A stretch of DNA of 35,540 nt. Origin: a virus. The position numbers and the translations under genes are program-made. The notes below the pieces were generated by a model that was not told the DNA's origin, searched no databases, and saw only the letters and a list, made by a program, of their open reading frames with translations. This document shows, in pieces, positions 7,144 through 15,218 of the stretch (its first letter is position 1; each line of letters opens with the position of its first letter). Location of the stretch: positions 1 through 35,540 of IMG/VR virus record IMGVR_UViG_3300019487_000015. One strand, 5' to 3'.

Positions 7144-7686
7144 TCAGCTCACGAATCTATAGGTTAAAAATACGTTCCAATTGATTGTCTTAGCTGCAAT
7201 TCCTACCGCTTGAACTATTACGCTATTGCCACTGGCAATGATGTTAAAATCTGCGGACGCCATGGCTGCTTGTTCAAACACATCCTTAAACTCTGAGCCT
7301 ATTTCTGTGGCTGTTGCACCATCTGTAATCATCCCTGAGGTAAAGCTATAAGCGCCCCCAGCAGAATCTGTGGTATTGAACCCTACAACGTTTCCTTCGA
7401 TAAAATATACGCCAGGAGTAGATCCTAGGCTTAATGAAAGAACTGTAGTTGGTGTAGCATCACTTGTTGTAGCTGTACCTGTAGACCTATTAGAAAGCTG
7501 TATTGTTAACGTACTTCCAGACCCAAGAGTTTGGATTCCGTTATCATTGTTAGTGGTTGTGTCTCCACCTAAAACGTTAAGATTATTTCCAGCTGGTACA
7601 GCATTCCCTGAATCAGCTGTGAACGTCGTGGGGACAGACGGAGGTAGCATTCCAGAAGTTATTGTCGAAATGCCTGACTGTGACAT
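7144..7686 (-). CDS. fibre-associated protein sharing the fibre repeat motif at its N-terminus, 180 aa
   Basis: The N-terminal PPSVPTTFTADSGNAVPAGNNLNVLGG...NGIQTLGSGSTLTIQL is one copy of the repeat of the downstream 452-aa fibre. An identical 20-mer GCTGTGAACGTCGTGGGGAC occurs at 7616-7635 and 6901-6920. The SD is GAGGAAG. Confidence 0.7.
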   Translation of the reverse strand: MSQSGISTITSGMLPPSVPTTFTADSGNAVPAGNNLNVLGGDTTTNNDNGIQTLGSGSTLTIQLSNRSTGTATTSDATPTTVLSLSLGSTPGVYFIEGNVVGFNTTDSAGGAYSFTSGMITDGATATEIGSEFKDVFEQAAMASADFNIIASGNSVIVQAVGIAAKTINWNVFLTYRFVS

Positions 7687-7692
7687 GCTTCC

Positions 7693-8025
7693 TCACTCAG
7701 CGTAATAGGTTGATAAGTAAATGCTTCCAGTACCTACTGAAGCTTTCACAGATATTTGTGTGCCTTTTTCGAGAGAAAATTGGTTTTGTCTAACCTTGTT
7801 GGCAGTAATATCGATAAGAATAAATGCACCAGCTGGAAGATATTCATGGTCAGTAGTGCCACCATTGTAAGAAATGGTTACACCAACATTAGTATCGTTA
7901 GTGATCTTAAAAAGACGTATTGGGTGGGCTAAAACCGCACCCAAAGTCTGATATGATCCATTAAATGTTGACGCTGCTCTACTTCTCAAAGCTTCTGCAG
8001 CTAATCTAATATCCAAGGCGCTCAT
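7693..8025 (-). CDS. hypothetical small structural protein, 110 aa
   Basis: An ORF within the fibre cluster, with a GAGG SD. I recognise no motif. Confidence 0.5.
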   Translation of the reverse strand: MSALDIRLAAEALRSRAASTFNGSYQTLGAVLAHPIRLFKITNDTNVGVTISYNGGTTDHEYLPAGAFILIDITANKVRQNQFSLEKGTQISVKASVGTGSIYLSTYYAE

Positions 8026-8043
8026 AATTTAACCTCGTAGTAA

Positions 8044-10350
8044 TTAGACTATGTTCTGACCACACCAGAGTGTGCCATCATACGTCAGCGTGTAGGATTC
8101 ATAGGCTGTGTTTATTAACTTCGTTGCCGCAGATGTTCCACCTGCCGCAATGTTCTTTCCGTTTCCGTCAATTGTTACATTTCCACCAGCTGCAGCTTGT
8201 CCAGCACCGTCATATACTATCAATGTGCGCCCTGTTGCAGGAGATCCTGGTAATGTAATTGTGAGGGCTCCAGCGGTTGAATTTGTTGTGATGAAGTAAT
8301 CAGTTCCTAAAACTGCATATGGACTTGCAGCAGTAGCTACACTGGTTACAGCTTTTACTAGACCTGTACCGAAGGTTACACCTGCAGTTCCAGCATCGAT
8401 ACTTATCCCCGAGGCAGCTCCTGAGGCGTTGATTACTATCGCGTCTGAAACGTTCTCAGTAGCTGTGATATTGATCGATGAACCTGTTGCCGTAACATCA
8501 ATATCTTCGCCAGCTGCGGCGCCTGCACATGAAATATCTATACCACCAACAGTAGATGTAATCACAATGGAGTCAGCAGCATTTTCTGTGGCTGTGATAT
8601 TGATCGATGAACCTGTTGCTATAATATCAATGTCCTCACCAGAGGCTGCGCCTGACGCCAAGATGTCAATACCACCAGCGGTGGATTCGATCTTGATTGA
8701 GTCTGCGGCACTTTCAGTTGAACTGATGTTTACAGAACTACCAGTCGCTACAATATCAATATCTTCGCCAGCTGCGGCGCCTGCTGCTAATATATCGATA
8801 CCGCCCACTGTCGAAGTGATAACAATTGAATCAGCGGCATTCTCCGTCGCTGTTATATTTACTGAACCACCAGTGTTTGAGATGTCAATGTCTTGGCCTG
8901 CGGCACCAATCGCAAGGATATCAATACCTCCTGCTGAGGCGTTGATTACTATCGCGTCGGCAGCATCTTCTCCGGCATTGATATTTACTGATCCAAGAGA
9001 AGAATTAAGCGTGAGGTCAAATGCACCGGTCACGGTGAAATTCGAAGCTGCTCCAGAATCTAGCGAAATTGCGCCCGTAGTGTCTACAATTACTCCCGAG
9101 GTACCTGCATCAATATCAATACCTCCCGCAGCATTTGAAGCAACTATATTGACGGCATCAGCGGAAGCCACTCCTCCTGTAATCGTTACACCACCAGCAT
9201 CAGATACTACTTCTACACTTGCTACGCCTGTACCTTGGTCAGCATGAATTTTGACTGTTTCTGAAGTTCCGCCATTAGCCCTAAGGTAGATCGCATTAGC
9301 AGCGTTTTCTGTAGATGTAAGGTTTACTGATGAACCTGTGGCTGTGATGTTGATATCCTCACCAGCCGCGGCGCCACTGGCTAAAATATTAACACCACCG
9401 ACGGTTGCTTCAATGTTAATAGCATCGGTTACGTTCTCTGTGGCTGTTAATCGAACAGAAGAACCCGTCGCTGTTATGACGATATCTTCAGTGGCTGCTG
9501 CCCCGCTTGCCAAAATTTGAATACCACCAGCGGTGGATTCGATCTTTACTGAATCTGTGGAATTTTCTGTTGAAGTAATGGTAAGTCCAGCGCCAGTACA
9601 GGTAATATCCATATCACCGCCAGTAGCCGTGATATCCATCCCCCCAGCTGTTGAAGAAATGGTCACCGAGTCGGCAGCCGCTTCTGTAGCGGAGATGTTT
9701 ACCGAACCGCCGGTATTGACGATATCGATATCTTCTGTAGCCGCACCAGTTGCTGTAATATCAATACCTCCGGCAGAAGCGTTGATTTGAATAGCTTGCG
9801 CGTTGTTTCTTGACGATGTCAGGCTTAAGAGAAGAGCCGTATCTACATCAAGACCACCTGCAGCAGAAACAATTCTGATGGCATCAGCGGCAGTCTCTTC
9901 ACCGTTAATAACCACTCTCCCGGCCGCACTTTCTAACGTAAGATCGATACCGGCTCCTGCAACTGCAAATCGAGAAGCTGCATCGGCATCAAGAGTAATT
10001 GCGCCTGTAGAATCTGCAACTAAGTCCGTGAATGTACCTGCTGCGGGAGTCGATCCACCAATTGCGCCAGGAGCTGCAAATATCGAAGGAAGATTAGATG
10101 GTACGAGTGCTTTGTCTGTAGCGGCTTGTGCTGCTGCTTCAACGTTCGTTGCTATTTCGATGATACCTGCTTGCGAGGTAGATGCAGCAGGAGCACCTGC
10201 GATAGCGACGGCGGCAACGCCAGCAGGAGTTACGGCCTTTGTTGCATTAGTACCCGCTATTGTTTCGGCTACGGTTGCTAATTCAACGATACCTTCGTTT
10301 GTGGTTGTAGCGTCCGATGATCCTAAATAGGCAAGTGGACTTCTTCCCAT
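8044..10350 (-). CDS. large repetitive tail fibre/appendage protein, 768 aa
   Basis: The start ATG at 10350 has the SD GGGAGAG; the track start at 10479 adds an implausible hydrophobic leader. The N-terminus has a double (I/V)(V/I)E(L/I)AT..E...G(T)...KA(V/L)(T/V)P fibre-anchor-type motif. The centre has about 10 copies of a 39-43-aa unit GGIDI.A.GAA.GEDIDI.ATGSSVNI.ATENAADSI.I.ST. The C-terminus is ...LTITLPGSPATGRTLIVYDGAG...YTLTYDGTLW. Confidence 0.8.
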   Translation of the reverse strand: MGRSPLAYLGSSDATTTNEGIVELATVAETIAGTNATKAVTPAGVAAVAIAGAPAASTSQAGIIEIATNVEAAAQAATDKALVPSNLPSIFAAPGAIGGSTPAAGTFTDLVADSTGAITLDADAASRFAVAGAGIDLTLESAAGRVVINGEETAADAIRIVSAAGGLDVDTALLLSLTSSRNNAQAIQINASAGGIDITATGAATEDIDIVNTGGSVNISATEAAADSVTISSTAGGMDITATGGDMDITCTGAGLTITSTENSTDSVKIESTAGGIQILASGAAATEDIVITATGSSVRLTATENVTDAINIEATVGGVNILASGAAAGEDINITATGSSVNLTSTENAANAIYLRANGGTSETVKIHADQGTGVASVEVVSDAGGVTITGGVASADAVNIVASNAAGGIDIDAGTSGVIVDTTGAISLDSGAASNFTVTGAFDLTLNSSLGSVNINAGEDAADAIVINASAGGIDILAIGAAGQDIDISNTGGSVNITATENAADSIVITSTVGGIDILAAGAAAGEDIDIVATGSSVNISSTESAADSIKIESTAGGIDILASGAASGEDIDIIATGSSINITATENAADSIVITSTVGGIDISCAGAAAGEDIDVTATGSSINITATENVSDAIVINASGAASGISIDAGTAGVTFGTGLVKAVTSVATAASPYAVLGTDYFITTNSTAGALTITLPGSPATGRTLIVYDGAGQAAAGGNVTIDGNGKNIAAGGTSAATKLINTAYESYTLTYDGTLWCGQNIV
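8380..10008 (-). repeat. in-frame tandem coding repeats (about 120-130 bp units, arranged in two ~290-aa super-repeats)
   Basis: Two blocks (aa ~158-400 and ~468-700 of the track ORF) each start TGAI(T/S)LD..AAS.F.V.GA..DLTL.S..G.V.ING.E.AADAI.I.. and are followed by 4 copies of the 39-43-aa unit. Some nucleotide segments are near-identical, for example GATATCAATATCTTCGCCAGCTGCGGCGCCTGC around 8495 and 8752. Confidence 0.8.
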
Positions 10351-10499
10351 GATGACTCTCCCTAAATTGTGCGATTCGTCGTGCGAGACGAGATTTTTAC
10401 TTTTTCTTTCTCTTTCTATTTTTTTCTGGATGAAGTAAATGAAAATTAAATAGGCTAAGAGATCTGTTATATAAATCAATTTGGCTAGAAGAGCTGCTT

Positions 10500-10796
10500 A
10501 TGAAATGCTTGATATGCAATAATTCAAAAAGCGACTACAACTGGAAGTATTGTTCTATTGTATGCCGAAACAAAGCTGTATCTAAATTTCCAAGAAATAC
10601 ATTTAAAAGAACTCATATGGTGTGTCACGAATGTGGCATCATGTATCTCGTGAGAAATTCACAGGCCAGTAGAAGTAAGTATTGCTCTAGAAAATGCCAA
10701 GGTATAAAATTGGCCAAGGAGAAATATTATGGACTGGATTCAATTTTCGCTATTCAGTATTGCCGTTGTAGCTATGTACTATTCTCTCAAATCTGA
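10500..10796 (+). CDS. Cys-rich (double CxxC...YCSxxC) zinc-ribbon-like protein, 98 aa; possibly a decayed homing-endonuclease-type gene
   Basis: MKCLICN...KYCSIVCRNK...VCHECG...KYCSRKCQG gives two C-x2-C ... Y-C-S-x2-C units. It lies on the strand opposite the surrounding structural genes. Its 3' end overlaps the next ORF by 68 nt, and the overlap translates to low-quality sequence. Confidence 0.4.
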   Translation: MKCLICNNSKSDYNWKYCSIVCRNKAVSKFPRNTFKRTHMVCHECGIMYLVRNSQASRSKYCSRKCQGIKLAKEKYYGLDSIFAIQYCRCSYVLFSQI

Positions 10797-10968
10797 TGCC
10801 AAAGAAGCTAATATGAGGGCCTCAGAAGATAGAAAAGAACTCATCAGCCTAAATCGAAGCATACAAGCAGAAATGCATGCTTTCCATGCGGAAATGAAGA
10901 GCTTCCATGGAAGGTTGTGTACCCTTGAGGAGCGTTATCTACAAATATTACAGCAGAAGGCAAAATAA
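10729..10968 (+). CDS. single-pass membrane protein with a His-rich coiled coil, 79 aa
   Basis: A strong SD, AAGGAGAAA, lies 5 nt before the ATG. The N-terminal TM segment is WIQFSLFSIAVVAMYYSL. It is followed by ...SLNRSIQAEMHAFHAEMKSFHGRLCTLEERYLQILQQK. Confidence 0.6.
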   Translation: MDWIQFSLFSIAVVAMYYSLKSDAKEANMRASEDRKELISLNRSIQAEMHAFHAEMKSFHGRLCTLEERYLQILQQKAK

Positions 10969-11023
10969 TATGTTCTATTTTTTACTATCTTTATTTTTCT
11001 TTATGGAATTTGTCGAACTCATG

Positions 11024-13405
11024 TTAAGATAACTCGTCTTGTATAACAGAATTTAATATTCCAGTTTCCTTTAATAAAGCTGATCCAACAGAACTTGGAT
11101 TTCCCAATACGCGAATCGCAGATAGCGCTTTCTTATTCGTTAAGACTGACGCAAGCACATTTTTCAGACTTATCGCAGCTGCTCCGCCAACTAACCATAA
11201 GGGAGCCGCTATCGCTTTTCCTACGATAGCAGCCAATACAAGCTTCGTAGGACTATCTAGCTGATTGATCATTTTGTTGAACAGTGTCGGCTGCTGCATC
11301 TTCGCTAAGTTTATGTTGCTCGCAATGTATCTTCCATAATTTTGTAGATTCTTTAAGATTGCAAAACCTTCGTTTCCTAGGATTTCGTTCATGACAGCGG
11401 AAGTATTTGGATTTTCTAAAATTTCAGCCGCCTTTTGCCAATTGATTTGGTCTCCAACGACCACACTATCGAGAAGATCGGAAACGATCTTTTTTTCTAA
11501 GGTCTTGAACAACTCTTTTCCTTGCTGTGTTCGAAAAAACGTTTGTTTTGCTGTTTGATGCCCTTCTGGTGTCATCATGGCACGCGTAGTGAAATTCGGT
11601 GGCTGACCCGTACTTATAGCTTGCGAAACATCCTCTAGCATTGCCTGCTGAAGAGCGCGTCTCTGTCCAGGAACAGAAAGCTTATCTCCTAAGGCAATAA
11701 CTTCTTTTGACGCTTCTTTAGCGTTTTTTGAAAGGTAAGGCTCTAGATTTCTGAAAAGTTCATTGGCTGTCTTTGTATTGGTCTTGCCTAGTTGCTCTAC
11801 TATTTGACGTTCAGCATTCTTAACTTGCTGGCTGTTATTTCCGAATAACTTGACCAGGTTCTCAAAGTTTGATGGCTGAGAAAATACATCCACCAACTTT
11901 TCAGGATTTTCTGTAGATCGTAAGGAACCAATAACATCCTTCCCAAAACGGTTAGCTGTTTTCTTATACAGTTCATCAGCATCATTTAGATTTTTCAAGC
12001 TTTCTGGGTTGCTCTTCAAGGCATTCTTCAGTTCATCTTTCACAGTGCGCTGAAGTGGCTTGAGAAGATCCTTTACTGAAGGTGTCAAAGCTTCGTAATT
12101 GATTGCCTCATTCAAACGTATTGAGAGGTCCATCAACTTATCAGCCTTCAATGAACTACCCTTATTCAAGGAATCATAAATAGCATCGAGTAGCCGTGTG
12201 TTTCCTGACTCTAGCGCGTTCTTAATCAATTCTGCACTAGGAGAAACACCAGTTAGGTCATGGAGCACGTCCCTTACTAAATTTGCAGTTTGTGTATAGC
12301 CAGTGGGACTTGTTCTGACGTTGGTTAGTTTACCAAGGACACTTCTTGCACTTGCTATTGAGCTTTGTGGATTGACTGTGATCTTTTCAGCGGATTTTCT
12401 AACGTTCCTGTAAAGAGGTGAGTAGGCATTTTGCTCAGCTTCAAACAGCGCATTTGCACTTTCTTGAATCCCCTTCCATGCCTGTTGTGGGAGCTGGTCC
12501 TGAGGTGTGATTTTGTTTAGGATGGTATTTGAGCCTTCTTTAACGATTGCATCCTCAATTTCGCGAGCAGAAAACTGAGACATTTGCTGAATTTCTTTGT
12601 CACTTATCTCGGATAGTTTTTTCCCAAAATCCTTAATAGTTTCGTCACTTAAAGAGAGAAGTCTTTTTTCAATGACTTTTGGAGAGGATTGCTTTTCGAT
12701 GGCCTGCATTAAGCCGCCTTCTTTCTCGGCTACAAACGGAACCTGTGATGCAGCAGGAGCTCGTTTAAATGCATTCTTAAGAACAAATCCTAAACCACCT
12801 GCGATATCAGCGATAGTTTGAGCTGTTTCTCCGCCACCTAACGCACCAACGCCCTCTCGGGCTGCAAGGCCTGTGAATTCAGCGCCTAAAATTGCACCTA
12901 GAGGGCCTAGAGCCGCAAATGGCAAGGATCTTGTAACTCGACGGATACCTTCTTGGTATATGCCTTCTTCTGGTATTTCTTCTTGAACTTGCTGGAGGCG
13001 TGCTAATGATGTTCCAGAACCACCTATAGGCGCGATATCATCTTCGTCGCTAAGCATCAATAAGTCCAGAAAAGAAGGCTGGTATCCAGGTTGCTGCATT
13101 TTCTCGAGAATATCTGCTTGCATACTGTATCGAGCTTCTTGTCCTGGCAATAATCCAGGACGGTCCTCTTGCCCTGTAAGTAGCTGCACACCTCTTTCGA
13201 GTGGGTATGTTGCAAGGGCTCCTAAGCTGAGAACGTCTAAGCCACCTTGAGCAATACCCTGAAGAGTTTGCTTTGCGACTCCAGGTTTTTCACCAATCTT
13301 TGTAAGCGTATATTCACTTTGTTCACTATCATTTTCAATGTTAGAATTCCCAACTGTCGCAATGTTAGGTTTTCTATCAGCCAATTTTGTCAGTGTATAC
13401 GTCAT
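11024..13405 (-). CDS. large internal virion / DNA-ejection protein candidate, 793 aa
   Basis: By position it is the last and largest gene of the post-nozzle block, as in T7-like layouts. It is mostly alpha-helical. It has glycine-zipper hydrophobic segments (FAALGPLGAILGAEFTGLAA, IADIAGGLGFVL, LVLAAIVGKAIAAPLWLVGGAAAISL). Confidence 0.55.
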   Translation of the reverse strand: MTYTLTKLADRKPNIATVGNSNIENDSEQSEYTLTKIGEKPGVAKQTLQGIAQGGLDVLSLGALATYPLERGVQLLTGQEDRPGLLPGQEARYSMQADILEKMQQPGYQPSFLDLLMLSDEDDIAPIGGSGTSLARLQQVQEEIPEEGIYQEGIRRVTRSLPFAALGPLGAILGAEFTGLAAREGVGALGGGETAQTIADIAGGLGFVLKNAFKRAPAASQVPFVAEKEGGLMQAIEKQSSPKVIEKRLLSLSDETIKDFGKKLSEISDKEIQQMSQFSAREIEDAIVKEGSNTILNKITPQDQLPQQAWKGIQESANALFEAEQNAYSPLYRNVRKSAEKITVNPQSSIASARSVLGKLTNVRTSPTGYTQTANLVRDVLHDLTGVSPSAELIKNALESGNTRLLDAIYDSLNKGSSLKADKLMDLSIRLNEAINYEALTPSVKDLLKPLQRTVKDELKNALKSNPESLKNLNDADELYKKTANRFGKDVIGSLRSTENPEKLVDVFSQPSNFENLVKLFGNNSQQVKNAERQIVEQLGKTNTKTANELFRNLEPYLSKNAKEASKEVIALGDKLSVPGQRRALQQAMLEDVSQAISTGQPPNFTTRAMMTPEGHQTAKQTFFRTQQGKELFKTLEKKIVSDLLDSVVVGDQINWQKAAEILENPNTSAVMNEILGNEGFAILKNLQNYGRYIASNINLAKMQQPTLFNKMINQLDSPTKLVLAAIVGKAIAAPLWLVGGAAAISLKNVLASVLTNKKALSAIRVLGNPSSVGSALLKETGILNSVIQDELS

Positions 13406-14394
13406 TTTACCTTTCTCCAGCTCTTGCCAGTTGATACAAATTTGTTGCCTTTTGCATCTGTAATCTCAGCTCCTTCGTAATCTTTTGGATCAGGAAGTTT
13501 CTGAAAAGTGGCACCTATTTCCTTTGATGGCCCCACATCTGCGTGTTGATCGATATATTCGTTCAATGACTTCCCTAGGCGTCGATCGACCTGGGTTTGT
13601 ATATCTAAAGGCACTTCACCATCGTTCTCGGCTATTATCTGGTCGATGATGGCAGGCTTCTGCGCAGCTAAACGAAAGAGATCAAAGGCTATAGACGCTG
13701 CTTTACGATTCGCCTCGGGAGTTTTGCCTACCTGTACAGTGGCATTTTCAAGCCATTTCAGTTTAGGGTCAGTTAGCCGCAGACCTTTTAAGTTTGAGAG
13801 CTCTGTTACAAGCTGTTTGGACATGGTAGCTATGGTTTGCTCTTCAGGATTCAAGGTAACACCCTGGCCGAATGGCAATTTTGTCGCAGCCGACTTAAAA
13901 GCACGCTGAAGGAAATTCTGCTGTTCAAGTTCAGGAGAGTTTATGGCTTGCATGAGGTCTGGAAACTGTCCCAACAATTCATTTGCTGTGGAGGCTTTCT
14001 GGCGGGCATCTAGAATGTATTTTGCTAAGCCTTTTTCTTGTTCTCTGTCCAAAACAGATTTAGGAGGGGCCTTTGCCTTTAATTGTGGAGATTGGATGGT
14101 GTTTACTGCTTTCAAAACATCACCAAAATCAGCTCCGGATTGTAATGCCTCTACCATAAAATTGCCGATACGGTCTTGATCCCAGGGTTGACCTTCTTGC
14201 GGCTGAAATTGTTTTAATACAGAGCCTAATGCTGTAGCCTGAGATTTCTGGCGACCTAAAGCGCGCTCTTCTGAAGCAATTTGAGATTGTTGTTGTCTAT
14301 CCAGTAATGCTCTTTGCATGAGAGCCTGACCAAGTGTACTTCCTGCGGCACCGATTCCATAAGGGTCTTGTAAACTTTGAAATGTAATAGCCAT
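13402..14394 (-). CDS. internal virion protein candidate, 330 aa
   Basis: The ATGA-type overlaps with both neighbours suggest translational coupling. It is Q/A/L-rich and helical. I recognise no catalytic motif. Confidence 0.5.
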   Translation of the reverse strand: MAITFQSLQDPYGIGAAGSTLGQALMQRALLDRQQQSQIASEERALGRQKSQATALGSVLKQFQPQEGQPWDQDRIGNFMVEALQSGADFGDVLKAVNTIQSPQLKAKAPPKSVLDREQEKGLAKYILDARQKASTANELLGQFPDLMQAINSPELEQQNFLQRAFKSAATKLPFGQGVTLNPEEQTIATMSKQLVTELSNLKGLRLTDPKLKWLENATVQVGKTPEANRKAASIAFDLFRLAAQKPAIIDQIIAENDGEVPLDIQTQVDRRLGKSLNEYIDQHADVGPSKEIGATFQKLPDPKDYEGAEITDAKGNKFVSTGKSWRKVK

Positions 14395-15218
14395 TATCTT
14401 GCCTCCAACAGCTTAACTTTTGCATCCAGTTGCTTAATGCCATTCACGAGAATCGCTACAAGTCCATACAGATCTATAGCTTTTATCCCTTTCAGATCTG
14501 CTTGTAGTTCTTCTGGCATCTCTTCAGCAATCAAACCAACTCTGTCTTTTTGTGGCCCCTCAACTGGAATCGTATAGTCATATTGCTTCACTTCCATATT
14601 GCGGATAGACTCAAGACCTTTTTTGTAATCTCGAATATTTTCTTTTACTTTTTTAGATGAAGCCATAATTCCGGCAGCTCCTAATGATGCACCAGCGCCA
14701 ATAACATCCCCTAAAAGACCTCGTTGAGGCCCTTGTACAATCGGGGAAAATTGTCGTTGTCCTAATAATCCAAGTACTTGCTGGAGAGCTCCCATTTGAG
14801 CTTGCTGCGAAAGTTGCCTTTGCCCGAGTTGAAAGTTTTGCTGTCCTTGCTGATAGGCAATTCTTTGACCTGACAATAAATCGGACAAATCTTCTGCACT
14901 TTTTTGTAATGCCTGATTGAATGCAGATGATGATGTTGCCCCAATATCCGCATACCTTTGTTCCAAAGCCGGTAAAATTTCTTGTTGGTATGTTTTCAAT
15001 GAAGGTTTTACAACGCCTTGTTGGAATTGGTCTTCATATCCTGGTAGTTGTTGAGCATTTCCACCACCCAGTAAATCTTGAAATAGATCAATCGACTGCG
15101 GTCCCAACTTGTTGAGAGTCTTTGCAAGAAATTTCTTCTGCTCCGACGTCATCAGATCTGTTGATCCCACTTGTTTTGCCTGGGTTCCTACTAATGTTCC
15201 TCTCGCTGAGCTCCCCAT
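14394..15218 (-). CDS. Gln-rich virion protein ending in a peptidase-S74 (endosialidase-type) intramolecular chaperone domain
   Basis: The C-terminal 88 aa SSKKVKENIRDY...VKQYDYT.....RVGLIAEEMPEELQ....IKAIDLYGLVAILVNGIKQLDAKVKLLE match the S-D/x-x-R/K-x-K-x-N-I ... G(V/L)IAQE(V/M).E..PE ... (V/I)(D/N)Y..L...L(I/V).A(I/V)(K/Q)(E/Q)L pattern of S74 chaperone domains. The ATG at 15218 with GGAG upstream is preferred to the GTG at 15224. Confidence 0.75.
   Translation of the reverse strand: MGSSARGTLVGTQAKQVGSTDLMTSEQKKFLAKTLNKLGPQSIDLFQDLLGGGNAQQLPGYEDQFQQGVVKPSLKTYQQEILPALEQRYADIGATSSSAFNQALQKSAEDLSDLLSGQRIAYQQGQQNFQLGQRQLSQQAQMGALQQVLGLLGQRQFSPIVQGPQRGLLGDVIGAGASLGAAGIMASSKKVKENIRDYKKGLESIRNMEVKQYDYTIPVEGPQKDRVGLIAEEMPEELQADLKGIKAIDLYGLVAILVNGIKQLDAKVKLLEAR

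Noticed and set aside
8380-10008. A regular ~125-bp periodicity that could superficially suggest a repeat array (CRISPR-like or satellite).
   Set aside because: The repeats are in-frame coding units of one long ORF. The period is far longer than a CRISPR repeat plus spacer. There are no short conserved repeats alternating with unique spacers, and no cas genes.
5707-10330. Long + strand ORFs antisense to the fibre genes (5707-5997, 6370-7167, 7370-7705, 8429-9247, 9338-9520, 9533-9790, 9803-10330; up to 272 aa).
   Set aside because: Their translations are low-complexity A/V/P/S/T/I strings that mirror the repeat periodicity of the minus-strand genes, and they lack SD/start context. The minus-strand frames carry recognisable fibre motifs and tight translational coupling. 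Stop-poor antisense frames are expected for GNN/ANN-rich repetitive coding DNA.
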